A stretch of DNA of 64,000 nt from an uncultured Chloroflexia bacterium. Its GTDB lineage: Bacteria; Chloroflexota; Dehalococcoidia; UBA2979. The stretch is from positions 1,664,001 to 1,728,000 of the forward strand of contig CAVSIV010000006.1 in the NCBI GenBank assembly GCA_963728205.1, read 5' to 3'. Both the position numbers and the translations under genes were made by a program. Below, piece after piece: positions 38,006 through 47,190 of the stretch; the first letter of the stretch is position 1; every line of letters begins with the position of its first letter. The notes beneath the pieces are model-generated. The model did not search any database. It was given only the letters and a program-made list of their open reading frames with translations, and was not told the DNA's origin.

Positions 38006-38302
38006 CTACTGGCGCACGCCCTTGAAGTTCCCGCTGCCGAACGCACCGAACTGCACCTGGCCGGCGAGCTCCTCGCCCTCGGCCTTGCCGGCCCAGCTCA
38101 GCTCCAGCGGGCCCATCGGCCCCGCGACCGTGTTCTTCCAGGCGAACGAGTCGCCGTCGACCGCGCCCTGGACCTCGCCGGCACCCTGGCCGCCCTCGGT
38201 CGTCACCTTGAGCGCGTCGCCGTCGACCGCGAGGTTCACGATCGCGGACTGCTCGCCCATCGGCGTGTTGAATGTCAGCTTCCACTTGCCGTCGAGTGCC
38301 AT
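38006..38302 (-). CDS. conserved-looking small beta-rich hypothetical protein
   Basis: MALDGKWKLTFNTPMG...GAFGSGNFKGVR; GAGGAGG RBS. Confidence 0.8.
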   Translation of the reverse strand: MALDGKWKLTFNTPMGEQSAIVNLAVDGDALKVTTEGGQGAGEVQGAVDGDSFAWKNTVAGPMGPLELSWAGKAEGEELAGQVQFGAFGSGNFKGVRQ

Positions 38303-38484
38303 GTTCCAACCCTCCTCGGAATGCCGTGGCACACCCGACGGCAGCGCCGCCCCGCCACATACGGATAGTACGCGTGTCGACGCCGGTCGCGAGCGGCGAT
38401 CGCGGTGCGGCGTCGCACGCTCAGGTGCGCGCATGAGGGCCCGCCGCGCAGCAGGGCGAACGCCGACGTCCGCGCCGCCCGGCG

Positions 38485-38898
38485 TCACTCCACGAACTCC
38501 TGCTCCTCCATCCACTCGCGGGCCAGCCGGCGGGCGGCCTGCGGGGTCGGCGCCTCGAGGCCGCGGCGGCGGAGGTCGAGCGCGGCCTCGCCGGCGGGCG
38601 TCTTCGCCCGCGGCCCCATGCGGTCCGCGAAGCGATCGAGGTCCCCGGCGAACGCGTCGCGCCAGCCCTCGGTGCGGTCGAAGACCGGCTGCGTCTCGAG
38701 CACGCCCACCTCGTTGAAGCGGTCCATGAACTGCAGGTCGGCGGCCGACTCGCCCTCCCACACGAACAGCCGCTTGTCGCCGCCGAGGTTGTAGGCGGCA
38801 TGCAGCTTCAGGGTGTCGGGGGCTTTCGCCTGCCAAATCGTCGCCCACAGCTCGGGGTCGCGCTCGCGGTCCGAGCTCAGCATCGAGACGTACAGCAT
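38485..38898 (-). CDS. hypothetical protein (possible dimeric alpha/beta barrel)
   Basis: AAAGGAG RBS; coding-like codon bias. Confidence 0.75.
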   Translation of the reverse strand: MLYVSMLSSDRERDPELWATIWQAKAPDTLKLHAAYNLGGDKRLFVWEGESAADLQFMDRFNEVGVLETQPVFDRTEGWRDAFAGDLDRFADRMGPRAKTPAGEAALDLRRRGLEAPTPQAARRLAREWMEEQEFVE

Positions 38899-38929
38899 CG
38901 GGTCTCCTTTCGGGGGACGCGGGAACTCG

Positions 38930-39538
38930 TCAGAGGAGGTACGCGCCGAACCACCGCAGCAGCTCCGCGCGCACGTCCTTGCGACGCTGACGCAGGCTAT
39001 GCGTCGCGCCCTCGAGCAGCACGAGGCGCTTCGGCTCGCCCGCCATGCGGTGCAGCAGGCGCGAGCAGTCGGGCGAGAGGCGCGTGTCGTCGAGGCCGTG
39101 GATCAGCAGCAGCGGCGTCGGCGCCAGCTCGGCGACGCGCTGCGCGCCCGCCGTCTGCGTCGACAGCGTCGCGACGCACGCCACGCGCGGCTCCCCGATC
39201 GCGGCGTCGATCACGACCGCGCCGCCGAACGAGTGACCGGCGAGCGCGATGCGCTCCACGCCGCGGTCGGCGAGGTACGCGATGCCCGCGCGGACGTCGT
39301 GCACGCCCTCGTCGACGTCATTGGGGAAGCGGTGGATGCGGAAGTCGAGCCGCAGCGCGCCGTGCCCGGCCGCGACGAGATCGGCCGCGAGGTCGGGGTA
39401 GAGCGCCTCGGCCGGCCCGTCGAACCCGCCGTCGGCGCCGCCGACGAGGATGACGGCGGAGTCGCCCTCGGGCGGCGGCGGGTCGAAGCGCGCGGCGACG
39501 TCGCCGCGGTCGGTGGGAATCTGAATCGCTTCCCTCAC
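38930..39538 (-). CDS. alpha/beta hydrolase
   Basis: AGHSFGG, LIHGLDD, ATHSL; TACCAT-N7-GTG start. Confidence 0.85.
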   Translation of the reverse strand: MREAIQIPTDRGDVAARFDPPPPEGDSAVILVGGADGGFDGPAEALYPDLAADLVAAGHGALRLDFRIHRFPNDVDEGVHDVRAGIAYLADRGVERIALAGHSFGGAVVIDAAIGEPRVACVATLSTQTAGAQRVAELAPTPLLLIHGLDDTRLSPDCSRLLHRMAGEPKRLVLLEGATHSLRQRRKDVRAELLRWFGAYLL

Positions 39539-39574
39539 GTGCCGGATGGTACGTGGGACGCGCGCGGTGTGTGG

Positions 39575-39684
39575 CAAGCGGCGGCAGCATGCCGCCGATG
39601 CCGTGGAGGGCGCGAGCCCGCCGCGGGGCTCCCGTGGCGTCGCTCGCGCGACGCACGGCATCGGCGGCATGCTGCCGCCGCTTG
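39575..39684. repeat. REPIN family A copy 5 (short-loop variant)
   Basis: CAAGCGGCGGCAGCATGCCGCCGATGCC...GGCATCGGCGGCATGCTGCCGCCGCTTG. Confidence 0.88.
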
Positions 39685-39685
39685 A

Positions 39686-40735
39686 CTACAGCTCCAGCGC
39701 CTCGCGGGCGGCCTTGAACGCCGGGTCGTCCATGCGGAACGCGTCGCCGTCCACGTCGGCGAGCGCGGCGAGGTGGCCGGCCAGCAGCTGCGCCGGCACG
39801 ACCTCCACGAGCGGCGCGAGCCACTCGCCGACGTCGGGGACGCGCAGCCACCGCGCGCCCTCGGGCGCGGCGACCGGCGCCACCCACGCGACGTCGCAGC
39901 CCAGCCGCTGGGCGAAGGCCGCCGCCTGGCGCGTGCGCTCCAGCCCCGGGCCCTCGCCGGCGAACACGAGGAACGCCTCGCTCGCCGCGACCTGCACCTG
40001 CGGGCCGTGGAGGAACTGCTCGACCGCGTACGACCGCACCGCGCGCCGCGCGGCCTCCGCGATCTTGATGTGCGCCTCGTGCGCGCTCGGCTCGTGCGGC
40101 CCCGCACCCAGCGCGACGATCGCCGACGCCCCCTGCCAGTCGCGCGCCAGCGCCGCCACCTCGGGCTCGCGGTCCAGCGCCTCGGCCACCGCGCCCGGCA
40201 CCACATCGAGGTGTCCCAGGCACTCGTGCGTGATCGCGTCGGCGACGCGCGCCGCCACGAGCATCGCTGCCGTGTGCGAGACCGTGAACATCGACGACGG
40301 GTCGCGCGCGACCGTGTGCAGCACGACCGCGCCTTCCGGCAGGTCGGCGCCGGTGAGCGCCGACTCCGTGCTCGTCACGACCACCACGCCGCACCCGCGC
40401 TCGGCGAGCAGCGCCAGCGCGCGCTTCGAGAACTGCTTGCGGCCGCTGTGCGTGAACACGATCGCTGCGTCGTCGGCGGTCAGCCCCGGCGGATAGGCGA
40501 CGAAGTCGTGCGACGACCACGGACGGGCGTCGAGCCCCGCGCGGCCGAGCATCGCTGCCGCGACCGCGGCCGCGTTCGACGACGTCCCGATGCCGACGGC
40601 GAAGACGCGTCGCGCCTCCCACAGCAGGCGCCCGGCCGCCGCCACCGGCTCGTCCGCACCGAGCAGTCGCTCGAGCTCGGCCGGCTGGCGCCGGATCGCC
40701 TCGTACAGCCGGTAATCCCCGATCGATCGCGTCAC
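39686..40735 (-). CDS. SIS-domain sugar-phosphate isomerase/deaminase (GlmS C-terminal-like, no GATase domain)
   Basis: EAIRRQP, VGIGTS, FTHSG, EAHIKIAE, EQFLHGP; GGAGGTG RBS. Confidence 0.85.
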   Translation of the reverse strand: MTRSIGDYRLYEAIRRQPAELERLLGADEPVAAAGRLLWEARRVFAVGIGTSSNAAAVAAAMLGRAGLDARPWSSHDFVAYPPGLTADDAAIVFTHSGRKQFSKRALALLAERGCGVVVVTSTESALTGADLPEGAVVLHTVARDPSSMFTVSHTAAMLVAARVADAITHECLGHLDVVPGAVAEALDREPEVAALARDWQGASAIVALGAGPHEPSAHEAHIKIAEAARRAVRSYAVEQFLHGPQVQVAASEAFLVFAGEGPGLERTRQAAAFAQRLGCDVAWVAPVAAPEGARWLRVPDVGEWLAPLVEVVPAQLLAGHLAALADVDGDAFRMDDPAFKAAREALEL

Positions 40736-40755
40736 GTTCACCTCCAAGCGGCACC

Positions 40756-41051
40756 TCGAGCGGCACCAGGCCGGGGCCGATCCCTCCCACCCCGCGAACC
40801 CGGTTCGAGCGGCACCAGGCAGGGTGCCGATCCGTCCCACCCCGCGGGCCCGGTCGAGCGGCACCAGGCAGGGTGCCGATCCGTCCCACCCCGCGGGCCC
40901 GGTCGAGCGGCACCAGGCAGGGTGCCGATCCGTCCCCGTCCCCGTCACTCCCCACGGCGCCACGGGGCCGCCCCGATGCCGGCCCGGCGCGGGCCATGCG
41001 GCGGGTGCGCCGGCTGGGCGGGATCGGCACCCTGCCGGCTGCCGCTCGACC
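40756..41051. repeat. REP family B: four 49-nt tandem copies plus one inverted copy
   Basis: TCGAGCGGCACCAGGCAGGGTGCCGATCC units at 40756, 40805, 40854, 40903; inverted copy 41016-41051. Confidence 0.92.
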
Positions 41052-41151
41052 AGTCGCACGCGGCCGGCGCGAGTGCCGCAGTCTACCCGAGCCGTCTTGC
41101 CGCGACCGCTATCATCCGCGCCAGCGACACGCACCCGCAGCGGAGACGCCC

Positions 41152-42405
41152 ATGCCCCCCGACGCCCCGCAGGCCGAACCGCCACTCCCGCTCGCCGGCG
41201 TCCGCGTCTGCGACTTCTCGTGGATCGTCGCGGGGCCGCAGGCGACGCGCATCCTCGCGGACCTCGGCGCCGAGGTGATCAAGGTCGAGAACGAGTCCTA
41301 CCTCGACTCCATGCGCCTCGGGCTGCAGACCGACCCCGAGCACCCCTCGCTTAACGGCAGCGGCTTCTACTCGAACTTCAACCGCAACAAGCTCGGCATT
41401 ACGGCCAACATCCACCACCCGAAGGGCCGCGAGGTCGTCGAGCGGCTGATCGCGAAATCCGACGTCGTCATCGAGAACTTCAGCGCCGGCGCGTTCGAGC
41501 GCATGGGCCTCGGCTGGGAGCGCCTGCGCGTGCTCAACCCGTCGATCATCTACGTCTCGCTGTCGGGCTTCGGCCACCTCGGGCGCGACGACAGCTACGT
41601 GACGTGGGGCCCCACCGCGCAGGCCGTCTCGGGCGTGACCGCGATGTCCGGGATGCCCGACCAGCCGCCCGCGGGGTGGGGGTTCTCGTACCTCGATCAC
41701 ACCGCCGGCTACTACGGCGCGATCGCGATCCTGATGGCGCTGCTGCACCGCCGTCGCACCGGCGAGGGCCAGTACGTCGACATGTCGCAGATCGAGACCG
41801 GCATGGTGCTCGGCGGCGTGCCGATCCTCGACCGCCAGGTGAACGGTCGCGACTACGTGCGGGCCGGCAACCGCTCGCGCACCCCCGCCGTCGCGCCGCA
41901 CGGCGCCTACCGCTGCCGCGACGACGCGCTCTCCGACCGCTGGGTGGCCATCGTCGGCGAGACCGACGCGCAGTGGCGCGCGCTGTGCGACGAGCTCGGC
42001 GTGCCGGCGCTCGCCGGCGACCCGCGCTTCGCGACGAACGACGCACGCGTCGCGAACGAGGACGCGCTCGACGCCGCGCTCACCGAGCGCACGCGCGACC
42101 GCGAGGCGCCCGACCTGATGTACGCGCTGCAGGCGCGCGGCGTGCCGGCCGGCCTCTGCCAGCGCACCGACGACAAGATGGAGCGCGACCCGCAGCTGCG
42201 CGCGCGCGACTTCTACCGGTGGGCGCCCCACGCCGAGATGGGCGAGCACCGCTTCGACGGCCTGCCCATCGCGTTCTCCGACGCGCGCTGGCGGATGTGG
42301 CGCGGCGCGCCGCTGCTCGGCGAGGACACGTTCGAGGTGCTGACGCAGCTCCTCGACTACGCGCCCGAGGAGATCGCCGAGCTGCAGGGCGAGGCGGCGG
42401 TCTGA
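41152..42405 (+). CDS. family III CoA-transferase (CaiB/BaiF), catalytic-type subunit
   Basis: PLAGVRVCDFS..AGP..ADLGAEVIKVE, NRNK, SYLDHTAG. Confidence 0.92.
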   Translation: MPPDAPQAEPPLPLAGVRVCDFSWIVAGPQATRILADLGAEVIKVENESYLDSMRLGLQTDPEHPSLNGSGFYSNFNRNKLGITANIHHPKGREVVERLIAKSDVVIENFSAGAFERMGLGWERLRVLNPSIIYVSLSGFGHLGRDDSYVTWGPTAQAVSGVTAMSGMPDQPPAGWGFSYLDHTAGYYGAIAILMALLHRRRTGEGQYVDMSQIETGMVLGGVPILDRQVNGRDYVRAGNRSRTPAVAPHGAYRCRDDALSDRWVAIVGETDAQWRALCDELGVPALAGDPRFATNDARVANEDALDAALTERTRDREAPDLMYALQARGVPAGLCQRTDDKMERDPQLRARDFYRWAPHAEMGEHRFDGLPIAFSDARWRMWRGAPLLGEDTFEVLTQLLDYAPEEIAELQGEAAV

Positions 42406-43679
42406 TGGCCGCGCCGGGGGCGGACGCTCCGCCGGGACCGCTCGAGGGTCTGCATGTCGTCGAGATCGGCGACGGCGGCGAGATCGCGGGCAAGCTGCTC
42501 GCCGACGCCGGCGCCGACGTCATCCGCGTCGAGCCGCCCGCCGGCGCGCGCTCGCGCCACGCCGGGCCGTTCGTCGGCGACCGGCCCGACCCGAACGCGT
42601 CGCTCGCGTTCCACGCGCGCAACACAAGCAAGCGCGCGGTCACGCTCGACGTCGCGAGCGAGCGCGGGCGCGACCTGTGGGCGCGGCTGGTCGGCTGGGC
42701 GGAGGTCGTGATCGACAGCAGCGGCCCCGGCGCACTCGACGCGCTCGGCGCGGGCCGCGACGCCTTCGCCGGCCGCGACGACCTCGTGTGGTGCTCGATC
42801 ACGCCCTTCGGCCTCACCGGGCCGTGGCGCGACTGGGCCGCGACCGACCTCGTCCAACTCGCGCTCGGCGGGCCGATGATGAGCACGGGCTACGACGACC
42901 ACGACCTCCCGCCGGTCCGCCCCGACGGCGAGCATGCGATGGCGATGTCGAACGAGTACGCCGTCTCCGCGATCCTCGCCGCGCTGTGGCTGCGCGAGGA
43001 GACCGGCCACGGCCAGCTCCTCGACGTCTCGGTGCACGAGTCGGTGAGCGCCACGACCGAGGGTTCGTTCCCGAACTGGGAGTACCTGCGCAAGGTGGTG
43101 CAGCGCCAGACCGGTCGCCACGCCGCGCCCGACGAGACCGCGCGCTGGCAATACCAGTGCGCGGACGGCGCGTACATCCTGCTGATGGGCGGCGGGATCC
43201 CGCGCGAGAAGCGCATCCTCGACGCCCTCGTCGCGTGGATCGCCGAGACCGCACCGGCGCTCGCCGACCGGCTGCGCGCGCCCGAGGTCGCGGAGGTGCT
43301 GTACGTCGACCCGCGCGCACGCCCCGAGCTGCGGCGCATGGTATCGGAGACCATCGGCGAGTTCGTGGAGACGCGGCCGGCGGAGGAGGTGTACCGCCGC
43401 GGCCAGGCGTTGCACCTGCCGTGGGGACTGGTGCGGCGGCCCGAGGAGAACCTCGACGACCCGCACTGGGACGACCGCGCCTTCTGGTGGGAGGGCGAGG
43501 TGCACAGCCACCCCGCGCCGGTCCGCTACCCCGGCGCCCCGTACCGTTTCACCGCGACGCCGGTGCGGATGCGGCGCCGCCCGCCGCTGCTCGGCGAGCA
43601 CAACCACGAGGTGTACGCCGGCCTGCTCGGCGTGCCGGCCGAGGAACTGCCCGCGCTCGCAAAGTCGGGCGCGATCTAG
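42405..43679 (+). CDS. family III CoA-transferase, BbsE-like subunit
   Basis: KLLADAGADVIRVEPP, NTSKRAVTLD, SITPFGLTGP; TGATG overlap. Confidence 0.9.
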   Translation: MAAPGADAPPGPLEGLHVVEIGDGGEIAGKLLADAGADVIRVEPPAGARSRHAGPFVGDRPDPNASLAFHARNTSKRAVTLDVASERGRDLWARLVGWAEVVIDSSGPGALDALGAGRDAFAGRDDLVWCSITPFGLTGPWRDWAATDLVQLALGGPMMSTGYDDHDLPPVRPDGEHAMAMSNEYAVSAILAALWLREETGHGQLLDVSVHESVSATTEGSFPNWEYLRKVVQRQTGRHAAPDETARWQYQCADGAYILLMGGGIPREKRILDALVAWIAETAPALADRLRAPEVAEVLYVDPRARPELRRMVSETIGEFVETRPAEEVYRRGQALHLPWGLVRRPEENLDDPHWDDRAFWWEGEVHSHPAPVRYPGAPYRFTATPVRMRRRPPLLGEHNHEVYAGLLGVPAEELPALAKSGAI

Positions 43680-43805
43680 CGGGCGGCAGACGGCCTCCGA
43701 CGCAGACGCGAACATGGGCTCGCCGTCGCCGATTGAGCAGCCCGCGTGACGGGAGTGGCGTGCTTCGAGCGGCCGCCGGGAGGCTGCCGATCGAACCGCC
43801 GTGGC

Positions 43806-43985
43806 CTACGCCGGCCGCACCAGCACGGCGAGGAAGAAGATCACGATCCCCGCGACGATCAGTCCGCCGGTGAACCGCAGGCTCAGCATGCGTCCCTGCC
43901 GCCGTCGCACCAGCCACAGCACGTCGCCCGCAAGGAAGAAGGCGATGCCGACGGCGGCGAGCAGGAGCGTGAAGAAGGTGCGCAT
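43806..43985 (-). CDS. small two-TM membrane protein (59 aa, absent from ORF track)
   Basis: MRTFFTLLLAAVGIAFFLAGDVLWLVRRRQGRMLSLRFTGGLIVAGIVIFFLAVLVRPA; TAGCAT-N6-ATG. Confidence 0.72.
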   Translation of the reverse strand: MRTFFTLLLAAVGIAFFLAGDVLWLVRRRQGRMLSLRFTGGLIVAGIVIFFLAVLVRPA

Positions 43986-44079
43986 GCGGTGATGCTACCG
44001 GCTGGGCGTCATCCGCGCCGACCGATGCCGTCCACTCCCAGTGCGTGTGAGGCGAACGGCCGCGGCCGGCGCGTGCCGT

Positions 44080-44766
44080 CTACGCGACGATCGGCAGCGA
44101 GCACGCCTCCGCGAACGCGTGGAGGGCCGCGATCACGTCCTCGACCGACGCCCCGGCGCCGAGGTCGCGCACGATGCTGGCCGCGTCGGCGTGGGGGTCC
44201 AGCAGCCGCCGCGCCGTCCACGACGCCTCGCGGGCCAGCGCCGCCGCACGCGGCGCGAGCGCGTCGAGCGCGTGTTCGCCGGCGGCCGCATCGGCATCGG
44301 GGTCGGCCGCCGCGTGGGTCGCGGCGAACGCCAGCATGCGCGGCGCCCACGTCGCGCCGAGCCCGCGCACGCGGCAGAACGCCGTCAGGTCCGCGAGGTA
44401 GCCGGCGATCTCCGGGTCGGGGGGCTGCGCGGCCGCCGCCTCGTACACGCCCCGCGGGTCGTCCCACGAGAAGCGCTGCGCCGCGGCATCGACGTACTCC
44501 AGCGCGTGCTCGTACGGCGGCGGGCCCTCGTAGGTGATGCGCGCGCCGACGTCGAGTCCCGCCAGGTAGGGCATCGCGACCGGCCGCCGCACCGCCTCCG
44601 CGAGCACGTGCGCGCCGCGGGCGCGCAGCCCCGCGAGCTCCGCCGCGCAGTCGCGCCCGGCCGGCGAGCCGTCGCGCTCCAGCGCGCGCAGCAGCGCGAG
44701 CCCGCGGCTGAGCCGCTCGCCGCGCGTGCGGGCGATCGGGGCCGAGGAGCCGGGAGTGGTGGTCAT
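44080..44766 (-). CDS. hypothetical protein
   Basis: Coding-like frame downstream of pyrE on the same strand. Confidence 0.65.
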   Translation of the reverse strand: MTTTPGSSAPIARTRGERLSRGLALLRALERDGSPAGRDCAAELAGLRARGAHVLAEAVRRPVAMPYLAGLDVGARITYEGPPPYEHALEYVDAAAQRFSWDDPRGVYEAAAAQPPDPEIAGYLADLTAFCRVRGLGATWAPRMLAFAATHAAADPDADAAAGEHALDALAPRAAALAREASWTARRLLDPHADAASIVRDLGAGASVEDVIAALHAFAEACSLPIVA

Positions 44767-44803
44767 CGTGCGCCTGCTCAGCTCCGGGTGATCGCGGGTG
44801 CGG

Positions 44804-45367
44804 TCAGGTGATCTTGAGCGGCACGCCCTGCGCGCACAACGGGCAGCCCTCGGCGTCCCAGCTCTGCATGTCGACCTCGGTCGCCGCGAAGAACGGCAAG
44901 CCGAAGTCGGTGCGCCCAGCGGAGCGGTCGACCACCACCGCGACGCCGACCGGCTCCGCGCCGGTCGCGCGCACGGCGTCGAGCGTGTCGCGCACGGAGC
45001 CGCCCGACGTCAGCACGTCGTCGACCACGAGCACGCGCTCGCCGGGCGCCAGGTGGAAGTCGCGCTGGAACGAGCGCCCGCCGGCGTCGTCGCGTTCGGC
45101 GAAGATGCCGCGCAGGCCGAGCTGCCGGCCAATCTCGTAGGCAAGGAGGATGCCGCCCGTGGTCGGTCCGGCGACCGTCTGCGGCTGCAGCGAGCGCATC
45201 GCGTCGGCCATCTTCCGGCACACCAGCTCGGTGTAGCGCGGCCACTGCAGCAGGTTGAACTTCTCGAGGTAGCGGTCCGAGTGGCGGCCGGACGCCAGCT
45301 GGAAGTGCCCCTCCAGGAACGCGCCGGCCGACTGCAGGGCTGCGATGACCTCGGGGTCTACGGGGAT
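44804..45367 (-). CDS. pyrE: orotate phosphoribosyltransferase (start codon unclear)
   Basis: GAFLEGHFQLASGRHS, VLVVDDVLTSGGS, CPLC. Confidence 0.9.
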   Translation of the reverse strand: MPVDPEVIAALQSAGAFLEGHFQLASGRHSDRYLEKFNLLQWPRYTELVCRKMADAMRSLQPQTVAGPTTGGILLAYEIGRQLGLRGIFAERDDAGGRSFQRDFHLAPGERVLVVDDVLTSGGSVRDTLDAVRATGAEPVGVAVVVDRSAGRTDFGLPFFAATEVDMQSWDAEGCPLCAQGVPLKIT

Positions 45368-46170
45368 GCGCGCACCCCCACGCTGAGGCCCGCGACGGGC
45401 GTCGCCGCGACGCCCGCCTGGCCCTGCGACGTCGCGGGGCCGAACGGCCGGTCGTGCGTGATCATGCCGATCTTGTCGAACGGCCAGTAGCGCACGTCGG
45501 CGCGGCCGATCACGAGGTGCTCGTCGACCATCCCCCACGCGTGCGAGTCGTATGAGTTGTTGCGGTTGTCCCCGAGCACGAACAGGTCGCCCGCGGGCAC
45601 CTGCTCCGGCCCGTAGGTGTATGACGGCGAGTCGAGGATGTACGGCTCGCTGAGCATCTTGCCGTTCACGTAGACGTGCCCGCCATGGATGTCGACGGTG
45701 TCGCCCGGCAGCCCGATCACCCGCTTGATGAAGTCGCGCGACTGGTCGAGCGGGAACTTGAAGACGACGACGTCGCCGATTTCCGGCTGGCCGAAGGGGT
45801 GCCAGTCGGTCTTGTCGACGCCGGGCACCCAGGAGACGTCAAAGGTGTGGTAGGCGAGCCGGTTCACGATCAGCAGCTCGCCGTTGTGGAACGAGGGCAG
45901 CATCGACGCGCCGTCGACGACGAAGTTCTGGGCGACCGAGCGCACGGCGACGAACATGATGATCGCGAGCGCGATGACCTCGAGCGTCTCAGAGATCTGG
46001 GCGAGCCCCCAGGGCCACAGCACCTGCCCCCACGAGCGCCGCGCGGGCAGCCACGGGTCGATGTCGGCGAGGCCGGCGTGCGTGGGTGTGGGGAAGGGTT
46101 GGAGCAACGGGACGGGCTCGTCGGCGTCGGGCTGCGGGGTGGATTCGAGCATCCAGTCGAGTATATGCAC
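45358..46170 (-). CDS. lepB: signal peptidase I
   Basis: ASMLPS (Ser), DFIKRVIGLPGD (Lys), VLGDNRNNSYDS. Confidence 0.93.
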   Translation of the reverse strand: MHILDWMLESTPQPDADEPVPLLQPFPTPTHAGLADIDPWLPARRSWGQVLWPWGLAQISETLEVIALAIIMFVAVRSVAQNFVVDGASMLPSFHNGELLIVNRLAYHTFDVSWVPGVDKTDWHPFGQPEIGDVVVFKFPLDQSRDFIKRVIGLPGDTVDIHGGHVYVNGKMLSEPYILDSPSYTYGPEQVPAGDLFVLGDNRNNSYDSHAWGMVDEHLVIGRADVRYWPFDKIGMITHDRPFGPATSQGQAGVAATPVAGLSVGVRASP

Positions 46171-46195
46171 CCGGCCTGTTTACGCGCCGGAGGCC

Positions 46196-46336
46196 GGTTC
46201 GAGCCCGGAGCGGCAGCGACGGGATCGCGGGCGCCCGGGAGTTGGTTCGAGCCCGGAGCGGCAGCGACGGGATCGCGGCACCGGGCACCGGGCGCGAGCG
46301 ATCCCGTCGCTGCCGCTCCGGGCTCGAACCAACTCC
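46196..46336. repeat. REP family C: two direct copies plus one inverted
   Basis: GGTTCGAGCCCGGAGCGGCAGCGACGGGATCGC at 46196 and 46244; reverse complement at 46298-46330. Confidence 0.9.
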
Positions 46337-46344
46337 GTGCACCT

Positions 46345-47176
46345 TCACGCTCGGCCCGCGGCGCCGAGCAGATCGATGCGGTCGGCGGCCACCTCGGCGA
46401 CGGCGGCCCGGCCGGCGCGCAGCGCGGGTCGCGGGTCGCGGCCGGTGCCCTCCTGGAGCGCGTGGGCGAACGCGGCGTGGATCTCCGTCGAGATGTTCAC
46501 CTTGCGGATGCCGGCGCGCACCGCGTCGCGCAGCTGCTCGCGGCGCACGCCGGAGCCGCCGTGCAGCACCAGCGGCAGCCCGCGCGTGGCCGCGCGCAAC
46601 TCCATCACGAGGTCCAGCCGCACGTCGCCGGCCAGCCCGTGCGCCGTGCCGACGGACACGGCGAGCGAGTCGACGCGCGTCTCCTCGACGAAGCGCCGCG
46701 CCGCGACGGGGTCGGTGAGCACCGCCTCGGACGTCGCGACGCCCGGCTCGCGCCCGCCCACGTGCCCGAGCTCCGCCTCCAGCGCGACGCCCGCCTCCAG
46801 CGCGACCACGTACGCCGCGCGCGTGTCGCGGAGGTTGCGCTCGAGCGGCGTCGTCGATCCGTCGAACATCAGCGACGTGAACCCCGCGGCCGCCGCGGCG
46901 CGCACCGTCGCGAGGATCCGGTCCGTGATCCAGATGCAGCGCGACCGGCACGCGGGCGCGCGCGGCGAGCAGTCGGCCGAGCGCCGCCGCGACGTCGATG
47001 CCGCCGATGTGCGCGAGGTTCCCTGGGTTGAACTGCAGGAAGATCGGCGCCAGCCGCGCCTCCGCCGCATCGAGCACGCCCAGCGCCAGCTCGACGTTCG
47101 ACACGTTGAAGCCTGGCACCGCGTAGCCGCCGCGCTCCGCGGCGGCGAGCAGCTCGCGCCCGTTGACCAGCGGCAC
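46345..47176 (-). CDS. fba: class II fructose/tagatose-bisphosphate aldolase with one frameshift near 46914
   Basis: YAVPGFNV, VALHLDHG in one frame; GFTSLMFDGS, EAELGHVGG, VGTAHG, LVLHGGSG, KVNIST in the other. Confidence 0.85.
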
Positions 47177-47190
47177 CGCGGCGGCGCGCG

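Noticed and set aside
40756-40935. CRISPR array
   Set aside because: Inter-repeat segments are near-identical rather than unique spacers, the unit also occurs inverted and dispersed, and no cas genes are present
46196-46336. Mini CRISPR array
   Set aside because: Only two direct copies with a 15-nt gap, and the third is inverted; REP-like
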